The notes under the pieces were generated by a model, which had not been told where the DNA came from, searched no databases, and worked only from the letters and a program-made list of their open reading frames with translations. A DNA stretch of 64,000 bases from Dendrobates tinctorius. Taxonomy: Eukaryota. Position 1 is the first letter of the stretch, and each line of letters opens with the position of its first letter. The DNA is taken from positions 5,084,001 to 5,148,000 of the forward strand of contig NW_027361754.1 in assembly GCF_039654945.1 (NCBI RefSeq), in the 5' to 3' direction. The position numbers were made by a program, and so were the translations under genes. This document shows, in pieces, positions 1 to 11,458 of the stretch.

Positions 1-3000
1 CTCAGGCTTATTAACATCTATGGTCCCCAATCTAAATGGGACCGGAAGTGTCTGTTTAAGAGGATCAAGCCCTACCTTTTTACAAGTCAGCAGGTTGTCT
101 TTGGAGGGAACTTCAATACTGTCACAAGGCCCCGAGATAGAGGAGGTTCAAGAGACAAGCTGACTTAGGATAGCGTCGCCCTAAATTGTTTAGCTAGTGA
201 GGCTTGCCTTGTGGATGTCCACATTCGGCACACCCCAGGCCACGAGGGGTTCACCTATCAGAGGTAACTGTAGGTCCAGGATAGCTTCCTCCTTTAAATA
301 AAACCGGTCTCTTCAGCAGTGTCTGCTGTTGAGGTGAAGTTCTCTGACCACTGTTTAATTTTGTTTTCTCTGAATGTTACAGAGACCCTCCGGATGGGAA
401 GAGGCTTTTGGAGGCTCAATTCGTCTCTCTTGGAAGACGCGGACATAAGACAGCCCTTTGAGGATTTTCTTCAGAGCCAGGTACCCTTACTGGATCTTTG
501 TAGTAGTAAGTCAGAGTGGTGGGAGATGTTCAAGAAAAGGGTGGCGAGATTCTTCCGCCAGCTCTCGAGCCTCAGGAGTCTGATCAGGTACCGCCTGTAT
601 CAGGGTCTGAGGAGGAATCTCGAACATCTTGTCTCAACTGGAGGTAGCCGCGAGGAGATCTCCAGAGTGAAATCTTTGCTCATGAGGTGTCAGTACGATA
701 GACAAGCATTTTGGTTTTTGAGAGGGATTATGGTTAGTACCGCTCGCCCGATCCTTACAGAAACTGCAAGATGTCAGTGAATAGTAAAGTTGTTACAGGA
801 CTGGTCAACACTAGAGTTGAGCGACTTTGGTCGGATCGGGTTTCGTGAAACCCGAATGAAACAAAATAAGTTTCAGATGAAACTCGTCCGACTAGAGCAA
901 AACAAAGTCGGAGTTTCGTCTGAAACCCGACCCCAATGCAAGTCAATGGGAAATAAAAGTCGGACGAAACTCCGACTTTTTTTGCTCTAGTCGGACGAGT
1001 TTCATCTGAAACTTATTTTGTTTCATTCGGGTTTCACGAAACCCGATCCGACCAAAGTCGCTCAACTCTAGTCAACACTACGGGGTCCCTGAGGCAATCC
1101 AGATCAGGGATCCTGGAGGTTGTCAGATCCTTCTACTCGCACCTCTTGGGGAAGAGGGATCTTGATTGGGATAAGATGTTGGCTTTCCTGGCTGAAGCCG
1201 TTCCTGAACCATTGAGCCGTTTCGTCTCTCTTGACGTTTTGACAGAGATGATCAGGGAAGAGGAAGTTAAGTTGGCGATTGAAGGGCTTACACAAAAGGA
1301 GAAAAAAAAAAAAAAAAAAAAATCACCCGGTCCAGATGGCTTAACATCTGAGTTCTACAAGACCTTTAAGGACGCTTTGGTTCCCCTCTTGACTGAGGTA
1401 TTCAATGAGTGTCTTTCCTCGGGCACTCTGCCAAAATCAATAAGGAGGTCTGCCCTGATCATCTTGTCAAAGGATAAGGACCCATCGTGCATTGAGAATT
1501 GACGTCCCTTAGCGCTTCTCAATGCAGACAGGAAGGTTCTGGCAAAAAGTGCTGTTTAATCGGCTGGTGAAATTTGCACCCCAACTCCTTGCTCTGTTCC
1601 AGGTCGCAGCACATTTAGTGCTGTGCTCAGTGTCTGGGAGGCGGTGGAGCAGGGTAGGGCTGGTCACTGGACCAGGCAAAAGAGTTTGATCGGGTTAATC
1701 ACGAGTACCTCTGATTTGTCTTTCTGAGATATGGCCTGCTTGGGGGGGGGGGGGGGGGGGTTGTTGATTGGCTTTAAACCTTGTACGGTGGGCAGAGAGT
1801 TTCCCGCTTGTGAACGGTTGGATTGGCAGCTCTTTTGAGGATGGATCTGGTGTTCGCCAGGGTTGTCCCTTGGGCCCGCTGCTGTACATGTTCGCGATTG
1901 ACCCACTTCTTAGGAGGGTGGAGCATGGACCATTGGCCGGGATTGGGATGGACCGGGCAGCATCGGAAGCCACTCTGAGGGTGGTGGCGTATGCCGATGA
2001 TGTCACTGTTTTTGTTTCCTCTCATGAGGAGGCAGGGTGGCTGATGTCAGAGGGAGATCGCTACTCGGAGGCATCCAGGTCCAAGATCAACCGGGATAAG
2101 TGTGAGTGTCTCTGGCTGGGAGGAGGAGATCCTGGTTTTGATCTCCCGGACACCCTTCCAGGACCCAAAGTCTCTGCAAAAGTCCTTGGCATAGAATTTG
2201 GCCACAGGGATTACCCCAAACAAAATTGGGACAGCAGGCTAGAGATCGCCACTCAGAAGGTGAACCAATGGAAGGGTTGGTCTTTGACCCTAAGGGAAAG
2301 GGTAAACCTGATCAAAACCTACCTGCTCCCTTTACTGATTTATCTGGGCAGTGTGTGCATCTTGCCAGAGTCTCTCTGGACCCAGGTCTACAGTTTGTTC
2401 TTCCAACTGTTATGGGGGAATAGACTGAACCTGGTCAAGAGGGAGGTTACTTACCGTACGAGGAGACTAGGAGGGTTGGGTATGGTCAACCCTGTGGTAT
2501 TACTTGTGGATACCTTCATTAAGATCAATATTGCAAAACTCTGGAAAGAGAGGGCTCCTCCGTGGGTATTCTCCTGTAGGGGGATGGTTTCAGCCCTTCT
2601 TCCAGGAATGAGACAGGAGGGCAAGTGAAGGATCTTTGCACACCGCATGGACATCTTCCGGCTTACGCTACCTTGGTTCTGAAGGTAATTCGCCGGTGGG
2701 GTCTGGGAATGTGGGAGATTAGGACTCTGCCAAGGAAACTCCTTGACAATAGGGTTCTGTTAACCCATTTCCAGAGGCCTCTGGTGCTCAGGGATTGCCC
2801 AAGTCAGGATCTTGGGGTGGGTTTGCATCTTTTGAATTCTATCAGGTTTCCCTCGACGTTTTGGGACTTGGCGCTGCTTCCATGGGAAACTGTGTGTGAG
2901 GGACAATCTGAAGTGTAGGAGCTCTGAGGACAGGAACTGTCCTCGGGAGCATTGTGGTACCGTGCTGGAAAACATGGACCATTTCCTGCTTCATTGTCCC

Positions 3001-3987
3001 TTCAACACAGAGGTGTACAACAGGGTGGGCGCCTCCATTGGCAGGTCTCGGCTGGCCGGTCTCTCCTATGCGGAATGGGCCTATGAACCATTCGGGAACG
3101 CTGCACATTATTTCTAGTTAGTGCAGTGGTTAGGTATCACACGTGGAACGCACGGTGCTTAGTATCGACGCAACGGAAAATCCTCCCAGTGGACGATGTG
3201 TTTAGGACCATACTCGGTGACCTGGTGAAGGTGCACTCTCTGGAGTATGAGAGGCTGGGCACACGAAGGGCCGCTCTCCTCTGGAGGGGCTTTTCTTTTA
3301 GTGTGCCCTAGTCTGGTCATCTCCTTTCCTGGTGGTGGGCTGCTGCTGACGCTGTAGATTTTTGTTTTGTGATCGGTATACAGTGATGTAGGGCTGCAGG
3401 CGCCAAACTTGGGCTTTGTGATTTGTGGGTATTGTTGTTTGTTTCTGTATATATTGTATATAGGGATATAGATTTGGATGGAGGTGTGAGGTTGGGTGGT
3501 GGGTTTATCTTGTGGGACTATGGGACACTGGGGTGTTTGGGGAAACACAGGCACTGCCTGATCTGGCCTATGGATGTTAGACATGGACTGAGGCATGAGA
3601 CGCAGGACCAGCTCTCAGGTCAGTGCGGGAGTTGGGAGTGGTGGGCTTGAGTGTGGGGTGTTTAGTCTAGTCTTGTATATATTTGTATAGTTTGGTTATT
3701 TTATATACTGTATATATAAATAAGAAAAAAATTATTATAAAAAAAAAAAATATATATATATTTATGTTGGCCTTTGTTTATTTTAGTTTTCTTCTTAGTT
3801 TGTTTGGTGACCGGACCAGAAGGTGCAAGCTATAATTTGTTATATTATACATACATGTATACAGAATAATGTGTGAGAGAAGAGAATGAGCGGCTGGACT
3901 AGTGTTCAGTATACGGATTATTTTCTGGCTGATTTTCTTATGTTTCTGGTATTATTGTTGTGTTTTTCATTTTTATAATAAAAGATC
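1..3987 (+). mobile_element. Tx1-like (L1 clade) non-LTR retrotransposon: ORF2 (APE endonuclease, RT, zinc finger) plus 3' UTR. Frameshifted; 5' part outside the window; antisense in NCAPD3 intron 11
   Basis: Endonuclease remnants (LRLINIYGPQ..GGNFNT, FSDH, GRGFWRLNSSLL). RT motifs KSPGPDGLTSEFY, GVRQGCPLGPLLY and YADD (1990-2001). C-terminal CPREHC..ENMDHFLLHC. ORF2 stop at 3311, AATAAA at 3977-3982. Several stops and frameshifts. Confidence 0.92.
812..1070. mobile_element. Palindromic hAT-type MITE (259 bp) inserted in Tx1 ORF2
   Basis: Termini TAGAGTTGAGCGA...TCGCTCAACTCTA with near-perfect inverted arms of about 110 bp. Exact 8-bp TSD GTCAACAC at 804-811 and 1071-1078. Confidence 0.93.
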
Positions 3988-4340
3988 TACAGGATGTAAC
4001 TCAGGATCAGTAATGTATGTACACAGTGACTGCACCAGTAGAATAGTGAGTGGAGCTCTGGAGTATAATACAGGATGTAACCCAGGATCAGTAATGTAAT
4101 GTATGTACACAGTGACTGCACCAGTAGAATAGTGAGTGCAGCTCTGGAGTATAATACAGGAGGTAACCCAGGATCAGTAATGTATGTACACAGTGACTGC
4201 ACCAGCAGAATAGTGAGTGCAGCTCTGGAGTATAATACAGGAGGTAACTCAGGATCAGTAATGTATGTACACAGTGACTGCACCAGCAGAATAGTGAGTG
4301 CAGCTCTGGAGTATAATACACGAGGTAGCCCAGGATCAGT
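3988..4340 (+). repeat. 81/86-bp minisatellite array (about 4 units)
   Basis: Unit TACAGGATGTAACTCAGGATCAGTAATG(TAATG)TATGTACACAGTGACTGCACCAGCAGAATAGTGAGTGCAGCTCTGGAGTATAA. Confidence 0.97.
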
Positions 4341-4414
4341 TTCTGCTAACTATTAAGCAACAGGCAGGCAGAAAGTGCAGACATTACTACTAGCCAGGAT
4401 GTGGGTGTACTTAC

Positions 4415-7400
4415 TTCCTAGCAGCAGCTTGGTGACTCCTTCGGACACAGTTGTGGTGTTTTTCTCCAGACTGTGCGCCAGGCACGACAGCGCTTTACTC
4501 CGCACAGTCGGGGCTTTGTCGGAGCACCGCTTGAACACCATGGCGTGCAGCAGGAACTTGTGTTGTAGAAACTTTATTAGCTGCACCGGGAGCGACGCAT
4601 CGGGCATCCGCTCCGGCAGCTCCAGCAGAGAGGTGGCGACGTCCAGAGCAAACACTCGATACGAGATCTGTGGCGGAAGATCGGTACAAGGGGTTAAAGG
4701 GCTCGCAATTACACGGATTCATTATAAGTGGAACCTTAAAACATAATTTTTACCATTTTTAGGATCACGGTCGGCAGTCAGTATGAACAGTTCATTCCCC
4801 GACACAAAACTTATTGCGAGCTTGTTACAATCACGTCCAGACTACAAAACCCTCTGATCAATAAGTCTGGATTTCACACTTACATGATTTATCTGCGCTG
4901 ATACATTGCAACAAACCAAGACAGGATGGAGTGGTATACGCCTGTGGAAGACTCTCAGCCGTTTGGTTTAGGTCTCCAAATTCTCCACCTGATTGTGAAC
5001 AGTCATCCGCAGACGGCAGAGTGTGAGCCAGCAGGTAGATTATACTTCTGCAATGTTTTACCTATTGGATCGCACCTAGAAACACGCAGAGGACGGTGGC
5101 GGCTGCACGAGGAAGAGCAGAGGAAGGCGCGCTGTACCTTGGCATTGCGGGAGTATTTGTACAGCCAGTCTACGAAGGAAGCATAATCCGGGTCCGGAAG
5201 CTTCTCTAGTAGTTTCACCAGAGCGTTGGCGGCAGAATTCCGGTACTCAGACTTATCCGGGAACTGGAAGACAAACATAACCAAAGAGGAGCATGACAGA
5301 GGGAGAGCGCGGCAGGGAGGGACAGCGCCGCTGATCACAATCTCTACATGAACAGGAAAATGGTAACTAGTCAGCAGAATTCATAACTTATGAGAAAGTT
5401 CCCATCATAAAGGAGATTGTCCGGTCACATCATATTGATAACCTTACTATTGGATAACAATGTCAAATCAGCGGGGGTCCGATAGCCAGCGCCCCCAATG
5501 GTCAGCATTTGCTCTGGTGCTGACAGGGTGTAACGGAGATGCTGAGTGCAGCGGCTGCTGCGCCGTGGTTCTGTACAACGGACGGAGCTGCACTTTGCAG
5601 GCCAAAGCCACGTGCTGACATCCAGCAAATATCTCCCCCCACTATCGATCAGCAGGGTCATCAATATGAGGTGCCCCGACTGCTCCTTTCTTGATTCATT
5701 CACATCTGATATCCCCAAGTTTAAGGCCGGATTCACATATGTGTTTTGTCAGTTACGAGCGTACAGACTGCGCTGCACGGACCGTCCGCGGGTCTTCTGT
5801 CTCAGACCTGACAGTCTCGAGATCGAGGCTGGAGCCCGGCGTTTGGTCTGGACGCTGCAGTCCATATCTGGACATAGATGTGTGAATCCCGCTTAGAAGA
5901 GAGGTCATGTGTCAATCTCCTGGATCCAGTCATCTGCATGGCGATGTATCGATAATGGGGCGCAGGGACTGCATCCGGACCTTCCCGGAGGACTGGGAGT
6001 CCATGGCTTGTGTTCACACTAAAGCGCATTTAAGGGGGTATCTGCAACGACGCACTTCGCATCTGGAAGGCAGCAACTAACTATAAGTGCCGGACCACAA
6101 GCACCAACAGGTAATTTACAGACGTGACATCATCGGGCGCAGGTCGGCGATATCTGGATGCTTTACCTTCACACATACGTGCTGCAATAAGATGCGGAGA
6201 ACGGGGAAGGACGCCTCCTTCAGCTCATCCACTAGGAAACTGCGGAGAAGAAACACAAATTACCAGGACACGGGTCAGACGTCGCCATCTAGTGGATGAA
6301 AAGCTAAGTGCAGATTACACAGTGAACCATGTACAACAATAAGAAAATGACAGCGATGCAACAAGCCTTTACACTTCACGGATACTAACGTAACAAATCG
6401 GATCGCCTGGTCCCTGGCACTGGTGACTGGAGCCGTGACGTTGAGCAGGGTGGGGTGCGACCCTCCGCCTCCCTTCACCATGAGAATGACGCTCAGAAGA
6501 CGCTGGAAAAGACGGCGAAGAGTCTACAAGGGGAAAAGGGAATAGAAAAAAAAAAAAAAAGTGTGAAGGTGATGGCAGCAGGAGTGTGAAGAGTCAAGGA
6601 ACCTAGAAGAGACAGCGACAAGCCGTCACTAACGCCTTAGGCGAGGGCTGCCCCGGTCCTGGTACGTGGTGCCGGTTCACCGCCTACACATTTTCATCCA
6701 ATAGTCGCGTTGCTGTTGCAGCGACTGCGGGAAATAATCACTGTCTGTTTATTTAGGGAGACGTTACTGAGACCAGATAGTGTCCCGCACCTGATTGCAG
6801 TCTCCGTGCAGGGGCAGACACAGCAGCCACAAGCCATGGTACGCCAGCTGTGGCACGTACCGCATCCGCTCGGGTGAACTGCAAATATAAAAAAGACATA
6901 ACCGGTTAGATACAACGAGCACATCCCAAGAAAGGAGCGATTGGTAATTCTATAGTTTATTGCCAAAGTTCCCGGCTTCCACTGCAAGCTATTAGAGGTG
7001 GCCAGTTTCCAAGGAAAGGAGCGCATCACTTACAAGCAGTTTGCTATAAAACTTGTAAGTGCTGATCAGCATCTGGCCAGATTTCGCCATCATTAGTGCC
7101 TGCACTCCTCCTATGCTTCCACCATTGGAGAAGATGCAGTTCTGACCAGCAGCGGAGCCTAGTCGTTACTGTAGCATTGTTGTAAGTTACCCCCAAATTC
7201 ACCGATTCCTGGGAGGACCACCCAAACCTGAAGGGGGCTCTGCAGTGCCAATTCAAGAAGCACAGCCACCTTTCACTTACTGCCTGTGTGACTGCAGCGC
7301 TCCACTATCTCCAGGAGTCTTGCGGTGCTCGTGACCACCCTCCACTCTGTCATCACAATCGGTGGGACCCCCAGCAATCAGTAAATTAAGGGATAACTTA

Positions 7401-10400
7401 AGACCTCATTATTTTAGGGCAAAAGCCTCAAAAAAAACTCACCTGGAACTGGAAAATGCTAAAACTTGTGGGACCGTCTCAAAGCTGGTGAGATTGATGA
7501 AGGTCTGCGAAGAAAACGAGAGGGAGCAGCCGTCACTCCCTTAAATAATGGGATTTTCCAGGTGGATACCCCTTCTCAGAAAGGAGCTGTAATAAAGGGT
7601 CGTGTCCCACTGCGCCAGCCTTGCCCTCAGCCAGGTGAGTGACCATGGCCATCTCACACCATGAACCGTGAGGACGAGGGCTCCTTCCGTACACGGATTC
7701 TCTCGAGGACTGGAGCAGATGGTAGCCGGTCCTCACCTGCATACAGTGCACCAAGCTCTGTGGCTTCTCCTTCAAGGAAAACTTCTGCAGGAGACGCAGG
7801 AAGTTCTTTAGGAGGAGGATGACGGCGTCTCGTATGTTCATCAGGTCGTGGGTAGAGAAGACGACGTCCTCCTCCTGCGCCTCCTCGTCCAAGTCGTCAC
7901 TTATCTGGCAACACAACATGGAGACGAGATATAACATTGATCTAGCTGTTATGCAACTCGCAGCATCTTGGTCTCAGAATGCCTTGCTGTCCCATGGTGC
8001 CTTGAATGCCATCCCGTCAGCTCTGGTCATACCTCAGCGTCGTTTCGGCGGGGTGGTCTCGGCCGCTTCCTTCCTCCGCGGTTGCTGCCCTGGGAGCTTT
8101 TTGCGGAGTCCTTCTTCCTCTTCCGGCTGCTCTCTGGGTCCTGGGGCCAGCACTTCTCCAGGCAGCTCACGCTCTTATCAAACATTACGGTGTGAAAAAC
8201 ACGATTGACGACACTTCCTACCATAGAGAAGAGCGGCAGTCATGTAACAGTCACAGTCAGCACCTCCCATGGTGTTACACTGGACCACACAGGCTGAACA
8301 GAACCAGGAGCCCAAAAACTAATCACTGATTGCTTGTGCCAGGTCCAATGCCATGGATGAAATCGGGGGGCAGGGGGCACTCACCTGGCACTTCCAGCAG
8401 AAGGAAGTACAACCCAGCCGCAGTGAGGCCCAGCGTCCTCTGCATGGCCCCCGCCGCCTTCTTCTCTCCAGCCTGGATGAAGTGGTAGAGCACGGCCACC
8501 AAAGAGTTACAGCAGATGTTGTTCTCAGACAACAGGACCCAGGCGCTCTGTAGGAGGAGGCAGCAGAAGAGGCGCTCAGCGCCACCCGAGGCTGCAGAAG
8601 AGGCGCTCAGCGCCACCCGAGGGGCTCAGCGCCACCCGAGGCGGCAGCAGAGGCGCTCAGCACCACACGAGGCGGCAGAAGAGGCGCTCAGCGCCACACG
8701 AGGCCCTAACCAGAGAGTTCACCTGATCATCAGATGTGAAAGGCAGAAGAGCCTCATACAAGTAATTCAGCACCTCCAGCCCGTTCTCCACGATTTCAGC
8801 CTCCACACGGGAGTCCAGTGGCTCAGACTCTGTGAAGTCCAACTCCCAGACGGACTCCACCCAGGCTGCAAGAGGAGAAACACTTGTGTAATGTACATGC
8901 AGGACGAAAGAATGGGGAGCACAGCTCCGGAGAATAATACATTCTCAGTACTGTAATTTATGTACACAGTGACTGCACCAGCAGAATAGTGAGTGCAGCT
9001 CTGGGGTATAATACAGGATGTAACTCAGGATCAGTAATGTAATGTATGTACACAGTGACTGCACCAGCAGAATAGTGAGTGCAGCTCTGGGGTATAATAC
9101 AGGATGTAACTCAGGATCAGTAATGTAATATATGTACACAGTGACTCCACCAGCAGAATAGTGAGTGCAGCTCTGGGGTATAATACAGGATGTAACTCAG
9201 GATCAGTAAAGTATGTACACAGTGACTGCACCAGAAGAATAGTGAGTGCAGCTCTGGAGTTTAATACAGGCGGTAACTCAGGATCAGTAATGTATTGTAT
9301 ATACACAGTGACTGCACCAGCAGAATAGTGAGTGCAGCTCTGAGGTATAATACAGGATGTAACTCAGGATCAGTAATGTATTGTATGTACACAGTGACTG
9401 CACCAGCAGAATAGTGAGTGCAGCTCTGGAGTATAATACAGGATGTAACTCAGGATCAGTAATGTATTGTATGTACACAGTGACTGCACCAGCAGAATAG
9501 TGAGTGCAGCTCTGGAGTATAATACAGGATGTAACTCAGGATCAGTAATGTATTGTATGTACACAGTGACTGCACCAGCAGAATAGTGAGTGCAGCTCTG
9601 GGGTATAATACAGAATGTAACTCAGGATCAGTAATGTATTGTATGTACACAGTGACTGCACCAGCAGAATAGTGAGTGCAGCTCTGGAGCATAATACAGG
9701 ATGTAACTCAGGATCAGTAATGTATTGTATGTACACAGTGACTGCACCAGCAGAATAGTGAGTGCAGCTCTGGAGTATAATACAGGATGTAACTCAGGAT
9801 CAGTAATGTAATGTATGTACACAGTGACTGCACCAGCAGAATAGTGAGTGCATCTCTGTGGTATAATACAGGATGTAACTTAGGATCAGTAATGTAATGT
9901 ATGTACACAGTGACTGCACCAGCAGAATAGAGAGTGCAGCTCTGAGGTATAATACAGGATGTAACTCAGGATCAGTAATGTATTGTATGTACACAGTGAC
10001 TGCACCAGCAGAATAGTGAGTGCAGCTCTGAGGTATAATACAGGATGTAACTCAGGATCAGTAATGTATTGTATGTACACAGTGACTGCACCAGCAGAAT
10101 AGTGAGTGCAGCTCTGGAGTGTAATACAGGATGTGGCTCAGGATCAGTAATGTAATGTATGTACACAGTGACTGCACCAGCAGAATAGTGAGTGCAGCTC
10201 TGGAGTGTAATACAGGATGTGGCTCAGGATCAGTAATGTAATGTATGTACACAGTGACTGCACCAGCAGAATAGAGAGTGCAGCTCTGAGGTATAATACA
10301 GGATGTAACTCAGGATCAGTAATGTATTGTATGTACACAGTGACTGCACCAGCAGAATAGTGAGTGCAGCTCTGAGGTATAATACAGGATGTAACTCAGG

Positions 10401-11015
10401 ATCAGTAATGTATTGTATGTACACAGTGACTGCACCAGCAGAATAGTGAGTGCAGCTCTGGAGTGTAATACAGGATGTGGCTCAGGATCAGTAATGTAAT
10501 GTATGTACACAGTGACTGCACCAGCAGAATAGTGAGTGCATCTCTGTGGTATAATACAGGATGTAACTCAGGATCAGTAATGTAATGTATGTACACAGTG
10601 ACTGCACCAGCAGAATAGTGAGTGCAGCTCTGGAGTATAATACAGGATATAACTCAGGATCAGTAATGTATGTACACAGTGACTGCACCAGCAGAATAGT
10701 GAGTGCAGCTCTGGGGTATATACAGCATGTAACTCAGGATCAGTAATGTAATGTATGTACACAGTGACTGCACCAGCAGAATAGTGAGTGCAGCTCTGGA
10801 GTATAATACAGGATATAACTCAGGATCAGTAATGTATGTACACAGTGACTGCACCAGCAGAATAGTGAGTGCAGCCCTGGAGTACATTACTGGGCACTAT
10901 ATATGAGTAGCACACTGCCGTCACGCTGGGTGTGTAGGTCGGGCTCACCTTTCCTCAGGCTCCGGAGCCCGCACCGGTCCAGGGCCTCCAGAAGCACCGC
11001 CGATCTATCCGCCAT
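4415..11015 (-). CDS. NCAPD3: Condensin-2 complex subunit D3, coding exons 1-11 (3' partial; gene continues left of the window)
   Basis: Exons (minus): 11015-10949, 8865-8723, 8547-8385, 8217-8033, 7904-7737, 7504-7443, 6878-6791, 6523-6390, 6239-6167, 5263-5138, 4667-4415. All GT-AG and phase-consistent. Peptides [62 protein letters not shown] and [14 protein letters not shown] match NCAPD3. Head-to-head with VPS26B as in other vertebrates. Confidence 0.96.
5724..5893. mobile_element. Short TTAA-type (T2/Kolobok-like) MITE in NCAPD3 intron 9
   Basis: TTAAGGCCGGATTCACATATG ... GATGTGTGAATCCCGCTTAG degenerate inverted termini. Confidence 0.6.
8560..8705. repeat. Short GC-rich tandem repeat filling NCAPD3 intron 2
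   Basis: Recurring GAGGCGCTCAGCGCCACCC / GAGGCGGCAGAA units. Confidence 0.8.
8950..10885 (+). repeat. 81/86-bp minisatellite array (about 22 units) filling NCAPD3 intron 1
   Basis: Same unit as 3988-4340. The ORF track shows near-identical 64-aa ORFs offset by 86 bp. Confidence 0.98.
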
Positions 11016-11458
11016 CTCCCGGTGTTTTCTGTAGACACCGCCGCTCCTCCGTTAGTTGCTGCCCAGCGCCAAAACCCAACACGAATGTAGCAATCAAAGA
11101 CTGAAACGTCATCACTATGCTTCGCCTTCAGCCAATGAGAGCCAAGGAGACTTGGATGTTCGTGTAACAGCCATCTCTCTTACTGGCTTAGGTAGCGGGT
11201 TAATGAAGTTTGCCCAAATCCAATATGGTGTTCTTCAATTACGTCAGTAGCAGGCTGCGAATGACTCTGACGCATGCGCAATGAGTTGATTAGCAATTCG
11301 GGGATCATATTGGTGTCTGGCAGCATAGTGACGTGCGGCGTCATCCAGGCCGATCTGTGCGCGTGCGCACTGTGCTGGACACCCAGTAGCGGAGACCGGG
11401 ATCTGGAAATTCGGTGCTGTCAGCCGCCTGGTGCCGGGCCCTCGTCTCCGCCGCAGCC
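11016..11458. promoter_or_regulatory. Bidirectional promoter and 5' UTRs of NCAPD3 and VPS26B
   Basis: Divergent ATGs separated by 443 bp; CpG-rich. CCAAT 11132-11136, CRE-like TTACGTCA 11239-11246 and TGACGT 11329-11334, NRF1-like CGCATGCGCA 11271-11280. Confidence 0.8.

Noticed and set aside
1302-1760. Long A and G homopolymers in Tx1 ORF2 as programmed frameshift sites
   Set aside because: More simply explained by slippage in a dead copy or by sequencing error; the element has other independent lesions.
8945-10887. Series of near-identical 64-aa ORFs; superficially CRISPR-like periodicity
   Set aside because: Contiguous 86-bp tandem units with no unique spacers and no cas genes, inside a eukaryotic intron. 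The ORFs are repeat artefacts.
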